Positions 44,355 to 44,387 of a stretch of 44,387 nucleotides of DNA are shown one piece after another (the stretch's first letter is position 1; each line of letters opens with the position of its first letter). The position numbers were made by a program, and so were the translations under genes. The notes beneath the pieces were generated by a model, which saw nothing but the letters and a program-made list of their open reading frames with translations, was not told the origin of the DNA and made no database searches. This stretch comes from Aduncisulcus paluster (taxonomy: Eukaryota): NCBI GenBank assembly GCA_024181965.1, contig BQXS01012509.1, forward strand, positions 1 to 44,387. The letters are read 5' to 3'.

Positions 44355-44387
44355 GTTGATGATCTCATTGAGGTCGCTTCTCGCCTC
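44355..44387 (+). repeat. 33-bp exact copy of dynein sequence 42719..42751 at the window end
   Basis: GTTGATGATCTCATTGAGGTCGCTTCTCGCCTC occurs at both positions. Confidence 0.92.

Noticed and set aside
1..44387. CRISPR arrays, rRNA, tRNA, transposons or a non-standard genetic code
   Set aside because: No repeat-spacer arrays, RNA gene signatures or transposase/RT motifs were recognised. Genes end in TAA, TAG and TGA with long open frames under the standard code.

Overview
Gene-dense, intron-poor eukaryotic scaffold from a flagellated protist. It uses the standard genetic code (TAA, TAG and TGA all act as stops). The compact layout, poly-Ser insertions and prokaryote-like Fe-ADH suggest an anaerobic metamonad/fornicate; this is inference only. 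There are ten protein genes, in order: a partial iron-containing alcohol dehydrogenase (missed by the ORF track), an OFCC1-like membrane protein, a small NWE-motif ciliary protein, a TTLL tubulin glutamylase, a class II DYRK kinase, a CHD-type remodeller with a degenerate ATPase, an AT-rich ~1475-aa orphan, an E2F factor, a ~20-kb (~6300 aa) divergent dynein heavy chain with a degenerate AAA1 P-loop and one GT-AG intron, and a partial copine. The assembly is locally flawed. It has five 20-N gaps flanked by duplicated sequence, two gap-less tandem duplications and a chimeric right end. Five further frame breaks are all in the +1 direction and fall at low-complexity repeats. No rRNA, tRNA, CRISPR or mobile element was recognised.
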